In this document: positions 18,569-28,062 of the stretch, piece after piece
Layout of the letters: every line of letters begins with the position of its first letter
Position numbering within the stretch: the first letter of the stretch is position 1
Source of the DNA: Candidatus Saccharimonadota bacterium
GTDB taxonomy: Bacteria > Patescibacteriota > Gracilibacteria > BD1-5 > UBA6164
Assembly (NCBI GenBank): GCA_965227835.1
Contig: OZ245768.1
Coordinates: 1,050,001 to 1,082,000, forward strand
Reading direction: 5' to 3'
Length of the DNA stretch: 32,000 bases
Translations under genes and position numbers: made by a program
Notes under the pieces: model-generated
The model's database searches: none
Told to the model about the DNA's origin: nothing
The model's input: only the letters and a program-made list of their open reading frames with translations

Positions 18569-19801
18569 TTAATTTTTAGATTTTTTGTAAGGGAAGGTAT
18601 CACTATATATACATCAACAATAATTTTGTCTGTATATATTGTGCTTCTTAGTGTATTCTACACTTCTCCCAAAACCTCCATTTTTCCTAAAAGCTATTTT
18701 TAAAAACTCAAGATTATCCTTCTCAATATTGGGATTATTCTCCTGCAAATTAGATATACTATATTTATCTCACAGTTTAAACATTTTTTCTAAATCTTTG
18801 TGAGGAGAAGTATTTAGTGTGGAAGTCCAGTATTTTATTCAAAGCTTTCTTGCTTCCAAAGCTGATCTTCTAAGTCTCATATCATAACATTTCTCACATT
18901 TTTCTCATCTTTCAGGAGTATGCTCTAAACCTTTTATTTCTTTAAAAAAATTAACTACATCATATTCTCATTTTATATATGATACTCCCTCAATTTTACA
19001 AACTTTCACAAACTCTTCATATCTTTTTTCATATTCTTTTTTTGGTTGTATGTTTGGATCATACCAAAAACAAACAACTTCAAATTTATCTTTTAAATCC
19101 ATTATAGGCACAGTAGCATCAGGTCAGCAACATATATGAAGTAATAGTTTTTCTTTTTTTTCTAAAGCTTCTTTCACAGGTTTATATGATAATCTATGAA
19201 TTCAAACTATATCTCTTTTATTAGATAAACTTTCTTTATGTTTTTTAGTTCAATATCATTTATGGTTTTCTATTCAAAGATTTGGGTATAGACTTGAATA
19301 TGTAGTTAGTAGCTTATCTCTAAATACTTTGGCAACAATTGAAGCTGCACTTATTTCTTTTATTTTGCTATCTCCAGATATTACATAGATAGGTTTTTTC
19401 TCTAATTCTTCAAATTCATAGTTATCATTTCAATCTATAAAAACTCAAGATATATATTCTGCTTGCCCATTTTCACTAAATTCTGGCTTTATTTTTCTCA
19501 ATAGTTCTACAAGTGATCTCCTCATAGCTTCTTTGTTAGCTTGTTTTACATTTATTTCGTCAATTAAGTAATTGTCTACAATTCAAACACCAAAAAAAAC
19601 TTTTGGATTTTTTAAACTAGACATTTTTATTATTTCTTTATATAGACTTTCTCTTTGAGTTTTTGATAGCTTTTTAGAATCATTTAATTTCTCCAAAAAA
19701 TCATTTTGTGGTAGATTTGATGGATTGAAGGCAAGACTACAAGCTACAATTCATCAAAGCCAAGGTCATCTTCATGCTTCATCTATTCATATTTTATACA
19801 T
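18569..19801 (-). CDS. fusion protein: RNase HII (N-terminal) + epoxyqueuosine reductase QueH/DUF208 (C-terminal), 410 aa
   Basis: ATG 19801-19799, TAA 18571-18569. N-terminal MYKIGIDEAGRGPWLGGIVA...DSKKLS...[22 protein letters not shown]...GYGT = RNase HII. C-terminal LLLHICCGPDATVP...[13 protein letters not shown]...[18 protein letters not shown]...STLNTSPHK...YRQNYCGCIYS = QueH. One continuous frame. Confidence 0.85.
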
Positions 19802-19865
19802 TGAAATTTTGTTATTTTTTAATAAGATTCAAATTGATTATAATAAACTAAAATATTTTTCCAAA

Positions 19866-20150
19866 ATGAAAATAACTCAAAACTTAAGAAATAAGAATAT
19901 AGATTATACTGTTATAAAATCCATTATTTTTAAAGTTTTAGTAGATGTATTTTTGGAGAAAAAAAATATAGATATTAAAGATAATATAATATCTATCAAA
20001 GAAATTTGAAATATATTTTTAGTTAAAACAAATAAACCCATAATTTCAGGAGAACTTTATTTGATAAATGAAGAGATAAAGGAAAAAGCTTTAAAAAAAC
20101 TAGAACATATATGATTCATTTTTAAGGATTTTGATATAAAGTATAAGTAG
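19866..20150 (+). CDS. small protein, tentatively DUF721/DciA-like, 94 aa
   Basis: ATG 19866, TAG 20148-20150, two in-frame TGA. Size and the ...IGNIFLVKTNKPIISGELYLINEEIKEKALKKLEHIG...DIKY pattern resemble DUF721. Weak call. Confidence 0.45.
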
Positions 20151-20244
20151 ATTTTTAAAATTTTGAAAACCATATCAATAGGCAAAATTGAAATTTTTAG
20201 AAATATAAATACTATAAATACCTAATAATTTTTAATAAAAAAAT

Positions 20245-20892
20245 ATGAGATATATAATGTTTATAACTATTCTTAGTCTTTTTTTGTCCTCTTGTTATAA
20301 GCAAGAAAAGAAAGAGGTAGTTAATTTAAAAGAAAGTATAAATATAGAGATTTCAAAAGATTCACAGGAACTTTCTATAGAAAAATCTGAAAATAACTCG
20401 AAACCTAACCCTCTCAATACAGACCTCAACCTCTCCTTAGATGAGAGGGAACAGAACAAAGAGGGTATAACAGAGTGAGTAGAACAGTACTCATCTAAAC
20501 TTGATCAAACCTCAAATATAGCAAACTCTGATAAAATCAAAGCTGAAGAAATAGAATCTATAATCACAAATGAAGAAGAAAAGGAAATTATTAGTGAATT
20601 AGAAGAAGCTATTAATGATATATGAAATGGTAACTGAGAGAATGAGTTGAAAAAGATAAATGCTTTTTACAAAAATCCAAAAACACAGGTTGATATGATT
20701 ATAGAGTATAGTTTGGATGAAGAGGGTAAGATAGAAAAAATAAATGCAAATGCTACAACCTATGATCTAACTAAATTTGACGAAAACATACAAATTTTAG
20801 TTTGAAAAACTATTGATGAGGCAAAAGAAACATATATATCATGAGGTTCTCTTACTACAAAAGCTTTCAAAGAAGCTATAAAAGATTTATAA
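20245..20892 (+). CDS. lipoprotein with a C-terminal FMN-binding (FMN_bind-like) domain, 215 aa
   Basis: ATG 20245, TAA 20890-20892. Signal peptide plus lipobox ILSLFLSSC. C-terminus ...ILVGKTIDEAKETYISGGSLTTKAFKEAIKDL resembles the SGAT/S flavinylation motif of FMN_bind domains. ApbE gene is adjacent. Confidence 0.7.
20404..20487. repeat. G/C-rich hairpin repeat family, copy B (reverse orientation on the plus strand, inside the lipoprotein CDS)
   Basis: cctaaccctctc...cctcaaCCTCTCcttagatGAGAGGgaacagaacaaagagggtataacagagtgagtagaacag. In frame it encodes ..KPNPLNTDLNLSLDEREQNKEGITEGVEQ. Confidence 0.75.
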
Positions 20893-20893
20893 A

Positions 20894-21745
20894 ATGTTTT
20901 TCTCAAAAGAATTATTTTGATCTAGACTTGATATAAAAATAGAGGAAGAAAATGATGATTTACCAGATTTGATAGAAGAAGTATTTGAAGAAATATATAG
21001 CTTTGAGATGAAGTATTCTAGATTTATCAAATGAAATTTTCTCTATAATTTAAATAAAAATAAAAAAGCTTTAATAAATAGAGAATTTTTTTCTATACTA
21101 AAATTATGCCTAGAGGTATCAAGAATAAGTGGATGATTTTTTGATATAACAGTATTGCCTTTGCTAGAAAATATGTGATATGGGATAGAAAAATGAAAAG
21201 TTGATAATTCTTTTTGATATAAAAATGTAGTTTTAAAAGAGAAAGAGGTAATTTTAAAAAATAATGTTTGCATAGATATATGATCTGTATGAAAGTGATA
21301 TATGGTAGATAAAACATACAATAAGCTAAAAAAACATTGTGATAGTTTTGTTATAAATTTTTGATGAGATATAAAAATAAAATGAAAAGAAAGAATTTTT
21401 CTGGAAGATCCGAAAAATGAGAATAAACATATTTGAAGTATAGATATAAAAAATATGTCTATATCTTGATCAAGTTCAAATAAAAGAAGGACTAAAAAAT
21501 GACATCATTTGATAGATATGTGAGAAAAAACTTCAAAAAATGATAAACTATCCGTTTATGTATCACATAAACTTTGTGCATTTTCTGATATATTTGCAAC
21601 AGCTGTTTTTGTTAGCCCTTTGGAAAAGTGATTAGAAATGATAAAAAAAGTAGACTGACTAGAAGCTCTTATTATTTGTTCTAATTGAGATATAATAAAA
21701 TCTAACGGTTTTAATTGTAATTTAAATATAAAATGAAAGCAATAA
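20894..21745 (+). CDS. apbE: FAD:protein FMN transferase (ApbE family), 283 aa
   Basis: ATG 20894, TAA 21743-21745. FDITVLPLLENMGYG, IDIGSVGKGYMVDK, NFGGDI, ISGSSSNKRR..GHHLID, FSDIFATAVFV. The ancestral-looking TGA at 21734-21736 is read through as Gly. Confidence 0.9.
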
Positions 21746-22308
21746 AACTACAAATAACACTATCCCGGATTATAATAATTTTTTCTCTTTTTATAATACC
21801 TATATTATGGCATTTTTACCCAGAAAAACACTTACTTTTTTGGGATATAAGTCTTTTTAGTGTTTTTATAGTTATGTCTTGTAGGCCTCTTAGTATTATA
21901 TTTCCCAAAGTAAAAATTTTAAAAAAATTAATATTTTTCAGAAAGGCTTTTGGTATATTATCTTCAGCTATAGTTGTAAATGCTTTGGTTTACAAATTTG
22001 TAGTTGACATAAACGAGTTAAAGTATTATTTTTCTTTGGTAAACTGGGATTTATACTATCCTTTTTTATCTAGAATAACTGAAGTAACTTGAATAATACT
22101 TCTTGCTACTTCAAATACTTTTTCTCAAAAAAAGCTATGAAAAATGTGGAAAAAGATACACAGGCTAAGCTATATTTATTTTGTAAGTTGAGCCCTTATA
22201 GCTTGAATATACTCTCCTATAAAATCATACAGCCTTTTATGAATAGTTGTTCTTTTGTGGTTGTATTTGTTTGTGAGAAAACTAGAATTTTTTTCCAAAA
22301 AGAAATAA
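21733..22308 (+). CDS. ferric-reductase-like/MsrQ-like polytopic membrane protein, 191 aa
   Basis: ATG 21733 (ATGA overlap with apbE), TAA 22306-22308. Several TM segments. WKKIHRLSYIYF resembles the heme-ligand helix of the Ferric_reduct domain. Function is tentative. Confidence 0.65.
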
Positions 22309-22372
22309 GTTTGATATATTTGGGGAAAGTATTATAAATTATATTATTCTAACTAAAATTATTCATTTAAAA

Positions 22373-22378
22373 AGGAGG
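22373..22378 (+). promoter_or_regulatory. strong Shine-Dalgarno AGGAGG, 6 nt upstream of ATG 22385
   Basis: aaAGGAGGgatattATG. Confidence 0.6.
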
Positions 22379-22384
22379 GATATT

Positions 22385-22810
22385 ATGTTTAGTAGAATTT
22401 TGGCACTATGTTTCTTCTTACCTGCAATTCTTTTATGGGGTGGGCCTATGTTGTTAAATAACCCTAAAATATCTTTATTTAGTACCTTAATGGCAATAGG
22501 TTTATTATCTGTAGACTACTTAGTAAAACAAAATACTAAGTTTAGTTTTCAGGTAATTTTTAGTACTGTGGTAGTAGTGATTGGATTTAGCAGTCTTTCT
22601 ATTGCTATAGTTGATATCTTAGCAGGAGATATTTATGGATTAGATTTTGTAATTACTATGAGTTTAACCATATTTATATTATTGCTTATGTCAGAAGAAA
22701 TATATGAAAATGTTTTCATGTATTATGCTGAAAAGCAATATTTACCTCTATATTCTTCCTTAGTAATATCCTTGGGAATTATTGCTTTGGTATCATTTTT
22801 GCCTGTATAA
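22385..22810 (+). CDS. hypothetical polytopic membrane protein, 141 aa
   Basis: Intact ORF in the track. Strong SD, four hydrophobic segments, terminator immediately downstream. None of its 7 Gly codons is TGA. Confidence 0.7.
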   Translation: MFSRILALCFFLPAILLWGGPMLLNNPKISLFSTLMAIGLLSVDYLVKQNTKFSFQVIFSTVVVVIGFSSLSIAIVDILAGDIYGLDFVITMSLTIFILLLMSEEIYENVFMYYAEKQYLPLYSSLVISLGIIALVSFLPV

Positions 22811-22835
22811 GAAAGTATGTGCTTACTAAAAATTA

Positions 22836-22872
22836 ATCCCTTTTCACTTATTTAATTGAAAAGGGATTTTTT
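22836..22872 (+). terminator. intrinsic terminator after 22385-22810
   Basis: atcccttttc (22836-22845) / gaaaagggat (22858-22867), 12-nt loop, T-run 22868-22872. Confidence 0.7.
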
Positions 22873-22937
22873 AATCTAAATTTAGACATAATTGTAAAAA
22901 ATGTGTGGCTAAAAATGAAAGTATTTGGTATAATATC

Positions 22938-23849
22938 CTACCAATCTTTCTCCTCTCAACTTTCAAGTATAGAATTATCAAAAAATGGATTATCAAAAAA
23001 ACCATTAAAAAAATCTGTATTTTGATTAAAATCTTTGTTATAAAAGTTTCATATATTTCTTTGTTCTTGCTCCAAATCTCTAAGTTTCTCTTCCAAAGCA
23101 TTTTTCAAACCTTCATTCAATCTTTCATCTAAATTGTCATTTTCTTCAAATTTACTATCAGATGTGGGCTGTCCAGATTGTGATGAATCTTGTTCTTGAG
23201 AATTTCAAAATCCATCCTGTTCTCCTCCCCTCTCCTCTAAGGAGAGAGGTTGGGGGTTAGGTTCGTTTGGAGATAACTGGGGGTGAGGTTCCCCTGGAGA
23301 TGGGCTGGGAGTGAGGTCTGGTTGAGGGGACTGGGTGTTGGATTCATCCGAAGATGACTGGGTTTTTTCTTGAGAGTTTTGAGTATTATTTTGTGATTCA
23401 GAAGAATTAGAATTTTCATTTGAAGATGATTTAGATCATTCTTGACTAGAATTTTTTGAAGAAGAATTTTGTCTTTCTCTCAATTTCTCACTCACAAATT
23501 CTAAATTCTTGCTAGTTTCTAAATCAGATTTTAAAAGCAAAACATTTTGATAACTTTCTATAGACTTTTCTAAATCATAAGCTTTGTAGTAGGAATTTCA
23601 TAAATTATGAAGAGTTCTAAAATTTAGCTCTAAAGAGTTATCCTCCTCTAAAATTCAAGAAAAACTAGAAATAGCTTTTTCATATAATCCATCTTCGTAA
23701 TATCTATTTCATAGATTATACCAACCTTCTAAATTTTTTGATTTTTGGTAATTTCAAGAAACATTGTAAAAAAAGTTTGATATATTTGAATAATTTAAAA
23801 ATATGAAAAATAAAAAAATAACAAAAAAGTATATATTTATTCTTTTCAT
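22938..23849 (-). CDS. TPR-repeat membrane-anchored protein (BatC-like), 303 aa
   Basis: Translated in full: ATG 23849-23847, TAG 22940-22938. N-terminal TM, then TPR-like GWYNLGNRYYEDGLYEKAISSF...LHNLGNSYYKAYDLEKSIESYQNVL, a long S/N/Q/P-rich linker and an acidic C-terminus. Track ORFs 23237-23419 and 22871-23101 are in a different frame. Confidence 0.75.
23216..23341. repeat. G/C-rich hairpin repeat family, copy C (inside the TPR-protein CDS)
   Basis: cctgttctcctcccCTCTCCtctaaGGAGAGaggttgggggttagg..ggagataactgggggtgagg..ggagatgggctgggagtgagg..ttgaggggactgggtgttgg. In frame it encodes ..SPQPDLTPSPSPGEPHPQLSPNEPNPQPLSLEERGGEQDG. Confidence 0.8.
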
Positions 23850-24838
23850 TTCTTTATAAAGTTAAAAAATAAATAAAAAAGGAAGAAAAACATAGAAACT
23901 ATAGATAATATCCTTCAAATATCTAAGGCATTTTCTCAAATCTTTTTCTTTGTAGAATTTTTTTCTAGATTTCAAAAGCTTTTTTCTAATATGGAGTAAA
24001 TATCTTTTGAGCTAGCATTTAAATAATCAAAACCTAGAAAAGAAGAAATATCTTTCAATTTTTTCTCATTGAGTCTGGTAACTACGTATTCTCATTTATA
24101 CTTTTGATAAACCAAATTTCAAAAAATATCTCTGTCTAAAGGAATTCTAGAACCCTTTTTATTTCATACTCAAACTATAAGTCAGCTTATAGACTCACCT
24201 TTTAGTTTTTCTATAATGCTAAAATTATTTTCCTCATCTCATCAATCACTTATGAGTATTATTGCTTTGGGATTATCTTCATCTAGTTTAAATCTATTAT
24301 AAGCTAAAGATAAAGATTTTTCTATCTCACTTCACTGACCTCATATATTTTTATAATCTATGGAGTCTAGGAAATTTAATAGTATTTCATGATAATCTGT
24401 AAGTGGAAGTAAAGAATTTGCATCTCAAGCAAAAATTACAAGACCATATCTATTTTTTGGATTTTTTTCTACATAACTAGCTATAATATTTTTTGAAAAA
24501 CTAAGCCTTGAAACAAGCATATTTCAATCTTTATAGTCAAGAGAATTCATTGATTTACTTACATCCAAGATAAAAATAATATCTATTCATTGAGGAGTAT
24601 AATCAAGTTTTTTTTGATTAATTTTTATTCAAAAGAAATAAAAAAGCAGTACAAACAAACTCAAAAATAAAAATATATATTTAATGTAAAAATATTTACC
24701 CTGATCAAACAAAAGAAAATATTTCTTCTTGAGTCTTTCTCTTTTGAAATAAAATAAGGCTAAAAAAAAGATACAAGATAAACTTATAGCAAGAAATAAT
24801 CCAAAAGAAGAGGGAAAATTTGAACTTTCTATTATCAT
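23837..24838 (-). CDS. von Willebrand factor A domain membrane protein (BatB-like), 333 aa
   Basis: ATG 24838, TAA 23839-23837. Translated in full. Two N-terminal TM segments, MIDAS IDIIFILDVSKSM, ILISDGGDEE. Overlaps the next start by 13 nt because TGA 23848-23846 is read as Gly. Confidence 0.85.
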
Positions 24839-24842
24839 ATTT

Positions 24843-25835
24843 TTAATTTTTAACCTTTCTCGTTTCTAATAAAAATAAAGTAAATATAAGAATTATAAGT
24901 AAGTATATAAAGTATTTATAATACTTTGTGAACATCTTGTTTATACTAACTTCTATATCATTTTTTTCTAATTCTTCTAGTTTTTTAAATATATTTTCAA
25001 GACTTTCATCGTCTCAAGCCCTGAAAAAATATCAATCTGTTATTTTAGATATTTTTTTTAGTTCTTGTGTTTTAAGTGGAGGGACAATAAGTCTTTGAGG
25101 AAAAAATGGGTTTCATCAACCTATCATTCATCATTTATCACTTCCTATTCATATGCTAAAAACTTTTATCCCTTCTTCTTTTAAAATTCTAGAAACAAGT
25201 ACAGGATCAACTCATTTATTTGCATCTCAGTCAGTGATTAAAATTATTACCTTTTCTCTATCCTGCTCTTTAAATAGTCCTTTTGACAATAAAATAGCAT
25301 CTCAAATAGCTGTTCATTCAAATCAAGATATATTTTGATTAAGACTTTGGGTTGAAGTATTTTCTAAAATTTCAAGCAAAATATCATAATCAAATGTAAG
25401 AGGTATTCAAGATAGTGGTTTTCAAGCATATATTACCAATCACAATCTATTTGTTTTTTGTTTTTCTATAAAATCAATTAATACTTCTTTGGCTTTTTCT
25501 ATCCTACTAGGACTTAAATCATTTGCATCCATTGACTTAGATACATCAAAAGCAATTACTATGTCTATTCAGTTTTTATTAATCTTTTCTTTTATATTTG
25601 TTTTTTGTGGATCTGCTAGAATAATAATATATAAAAACAAAATTAAAAAAATTAGAAAAAGCTTTATATAGAAATAAATATTTGTGGTTTTACAGGTAGT
25701 TTTTATATCATTTAAGAAATCAATTTTTGTCTTATGTCTTTTTTTAACCATTAAAAGAATATACAAAAAAAAGGGTAGCAAAAAAATTAAGTATAAATAA
25801 ATTTTTTCAGCAAAATATATATCGTTTATTTGCAT
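24843..25835 (-). CDS. von Willebrand factor A domain membrane protein (BatA-like), 330 aa
   Basis: ATG 25835-25833, TAA 24845-24843. Translated in full. MIDAS IDIVIAFDVSKSM, GTAIGDAILL, VIILITDGDAN, C-terminal TM. Confidence 0.85.
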
Positions 25836-25848
25836 AACTATATAAGTT

Positions 25849-26820
25849 TTATTTTAATTTCTGTTTCAATTGGGTTAAGATTTTAGTTCTTTCTTCTATT
25901 GAATCAGATAAATTGTTGTATTCTGGAAAATATATTTTTTCATAGATGTTTAGTAAGTCTTTTTTTATTTTTTTATTTTCTTTTAGCTCTGAAAAGCTCT
26001 TGTTTGAAAGTCAATTTTCTATTTTTTCATCTAAATATTCTCTAAAAATTTGAGATAGCTTTGAATAAAATATTTCTTTTTTAGATTCTAAATACTTCTT
26101 TTCAAAATAGTTTATCATAGATAAATAATTTACAGGTTTTTTTGGAGTTTTTATTTCTAAAGATTTTTGAGTATATAAATATTTATTTAAAATTTTTTGA
26201 TATAGTAAGTATAAAAGTAAAGCAAGTAAAGATATAAATAAAAAATAAATAGACTCTTTGCTTACAATTTTTCAATACATATTTCATTTCAATCAATATA
26301 TATCTTTCATTTCTTCTCAATCTATTCAAAAAATAGTTCTTGAAGTAATATCCTTTTTTTTAAGTCATAAATCTACATCATCTAAATTTTGTTCTTCATC
26401 TTGAAGGTTTCAACTATTTATATTGTCAGTATTTTTCCTAAGCATAATACTATCTCCTGAAACTTTTATTTTTAAAATTTCTGATTTAATTTCACTATCT
26501 CTTAAGTATGCAGGTCAGATAGTATATTCTCCTGACTTAAGAGCTTGTAAATAAAAGCTAAATTTTTGGCTAATATTTTTTTTTGAATTGATAATACTTA
26601 TATTCTGGGATTGTCTTTTTGATACAATATTGAAGTTTGAAAGTCAATCCACAAGTATTTCTCATCCTTGATCTGTATTTCATAATATATCTATATCCAA
26701 TATTATATTTTCATCAATATTGTAGTTTTGTTTGTCTGTTGATAAATTTATTTCCAGAGAAGAGAAACAATTGTTTATAGATAAATATAAAAAGATAAAT
26801 GTGATAAATATTTTTTTCAT
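25849..26820 (-). CDS. BatD-like N-terminal domain + TM + DUF4381-like C-terminal region, 323 aa
   Basis: ATG 26820-26818, TAA 25851-25849. Translated in full. Signal-like MKKIFITFIFLYLSINNCF, mid TM IYFLFISLLALLLYLLY, C-terminal ..FYSKLSQIFREYLDEKI..SFSEL. Domain names are assigned from memory of the Bat operon architecture. Confidence 0.65.
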
Positions 26821-26958
26821 ATTTTTATTTTTTGGATAAAGAAAAATTAGGTAAGAAATAAAGATTGATAGAGAAGTAAATATTTGGTAAGGGATAAAAG
26901 TCAAACAAGGGGTCAAAAACGAGCAAGGGGTTAAGGATTAGCGAGAATTTAAGTATGA

Positions 26959-26982
26959 GCAAGGGGTCAAGACCCCTTGTCT
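26959..26982. repeat. 24-nt palindromic element gcaaggggtcaagaccccttgtct (copy 2 of 2), preceded by two half-site copies
   Basis: Identical to 5670-5693. Half sites caaggggtcaa at 26906-26916 and caaggggttaa at 26924-26934. Confidence 0.8.
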
Positions 26983-27060
26983 TATTCAGATAACCAATAA
27001 GTCTTAAAGTTAAACTTATTATATTTTCTATAATATTTTACATTCTGATCTATTCTAATT

Positions 27061-27202
27061 CCTCTGTTTTCTCCATTTTGTTTTCTCCATTTTGTTCTCT
27101 CCTCTCTGTTCTCTATCTCTTCTGTTCTATTCCCTATGTTCTTTTCCCTCTCCTTTAAGGAGAGGGTTAGGGTGAAGGTAAGTTGGAGAGGGCTAAGGCA
27201 AG
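27061..27202. repeat. G/C-rich hairpin repeat family, copy D (inside the Bat operon spacer)
   Basis: Pyrimidine-rich CTGTTCT-type units 27061-27145, hairpin CCCTCTCC (27146-27153) tttaa GGAGAGGG (27159-27166), then ttagggtgaaggt..ggagagggctaaggcaag. Confidence 0.85.
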
Positions 27203-27262
27203 ATTTTTCTCGGGTCTCAAAATAAAATTTAGCATTGTAAAATATTTATCTCAAAAAAATTC

Positions 27263-28062
27263 CTAAGTTTTCTTATATTCTGACAAAAATTTATAAGTTT
27301 TGAGAAACAAATCATCTCTATTATCTATATGCAAATATTTTGTGTTGTGTTTTTTTAAATTCATATCCAAGAATTTAATTCTATCCTTTCTAAATTCCCT
27401 ATATTTGGTCTTCTTTTTTTTAAAAAAGAAAGAAAAAATATTTTGAGAACTAAATTCAAAATCATCTTCACTCAAAAAATTTTCAAAATGGTCAAATATA
27501 TTGATATAAACAACCTCATTTTTTATATTCAAGTATTTAATTTCATCTATATTTGGTTCCAAACTATCAGATAAAAAGAAAATTAAAGTATTTTTTAAAT
27601 TTAGTTTTTTTAAATCTTTGTTTGAAATAAATTCTTTGCCGTCAAGATTTTTAAGTGTTTTTATAATATTTTTTTCATCTTTTCTAAAATCTAAAAAACA
27701 GTTGTTTATGAATACTCAAATCTCATATCAATTAGAAATAGATGAATATGAAAGCAGGAAAAAAAATTGTTTTAATATATCTTTTTTATTTTTATACTCA
27801 CTTCAAAAATCAAGGCTAGGGGAGTTTTCTATTACAAAAAGAATTTTTAAATTTTTTTCTGCTTCATAATTTTTGATAAAAACATCTCCTAGTTTAGCTG
27901 TTGTTTTCCAGTCTATACTTTTTATACTATCTCAAGGTTCATATTCTCTTATAGAATCAAACTCTATTCAGCTTCATTTCAAAAAACTAGAAAAAGCAGA
28001 TAAAAAATCTGATGTAATCTTTTTTTTTGTCTGAATTTCAAGTAATTTATAATTTTTATACA
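27263..28062 (-). CDS. DUF58 protein (Bat operon); conserved N-terminus and body are in different frames (apparent -1 shift in an A8 run)
   Basis: Body frame is open 28045-27263 (TAG 27265-27263): ..KKITSDFLSAFSSFLKGSGIEFDSIREYEPGDSIKSIDWKTTAKLGDVFIKNYEAE. The first canonical start in that frame is TTG 27982. ATG 28062 ([14 protein letters not shown]) lies in the +1 frame and joins only by slippage at the plus-strand T8 run 28020-28027. Confidence 0.7.
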
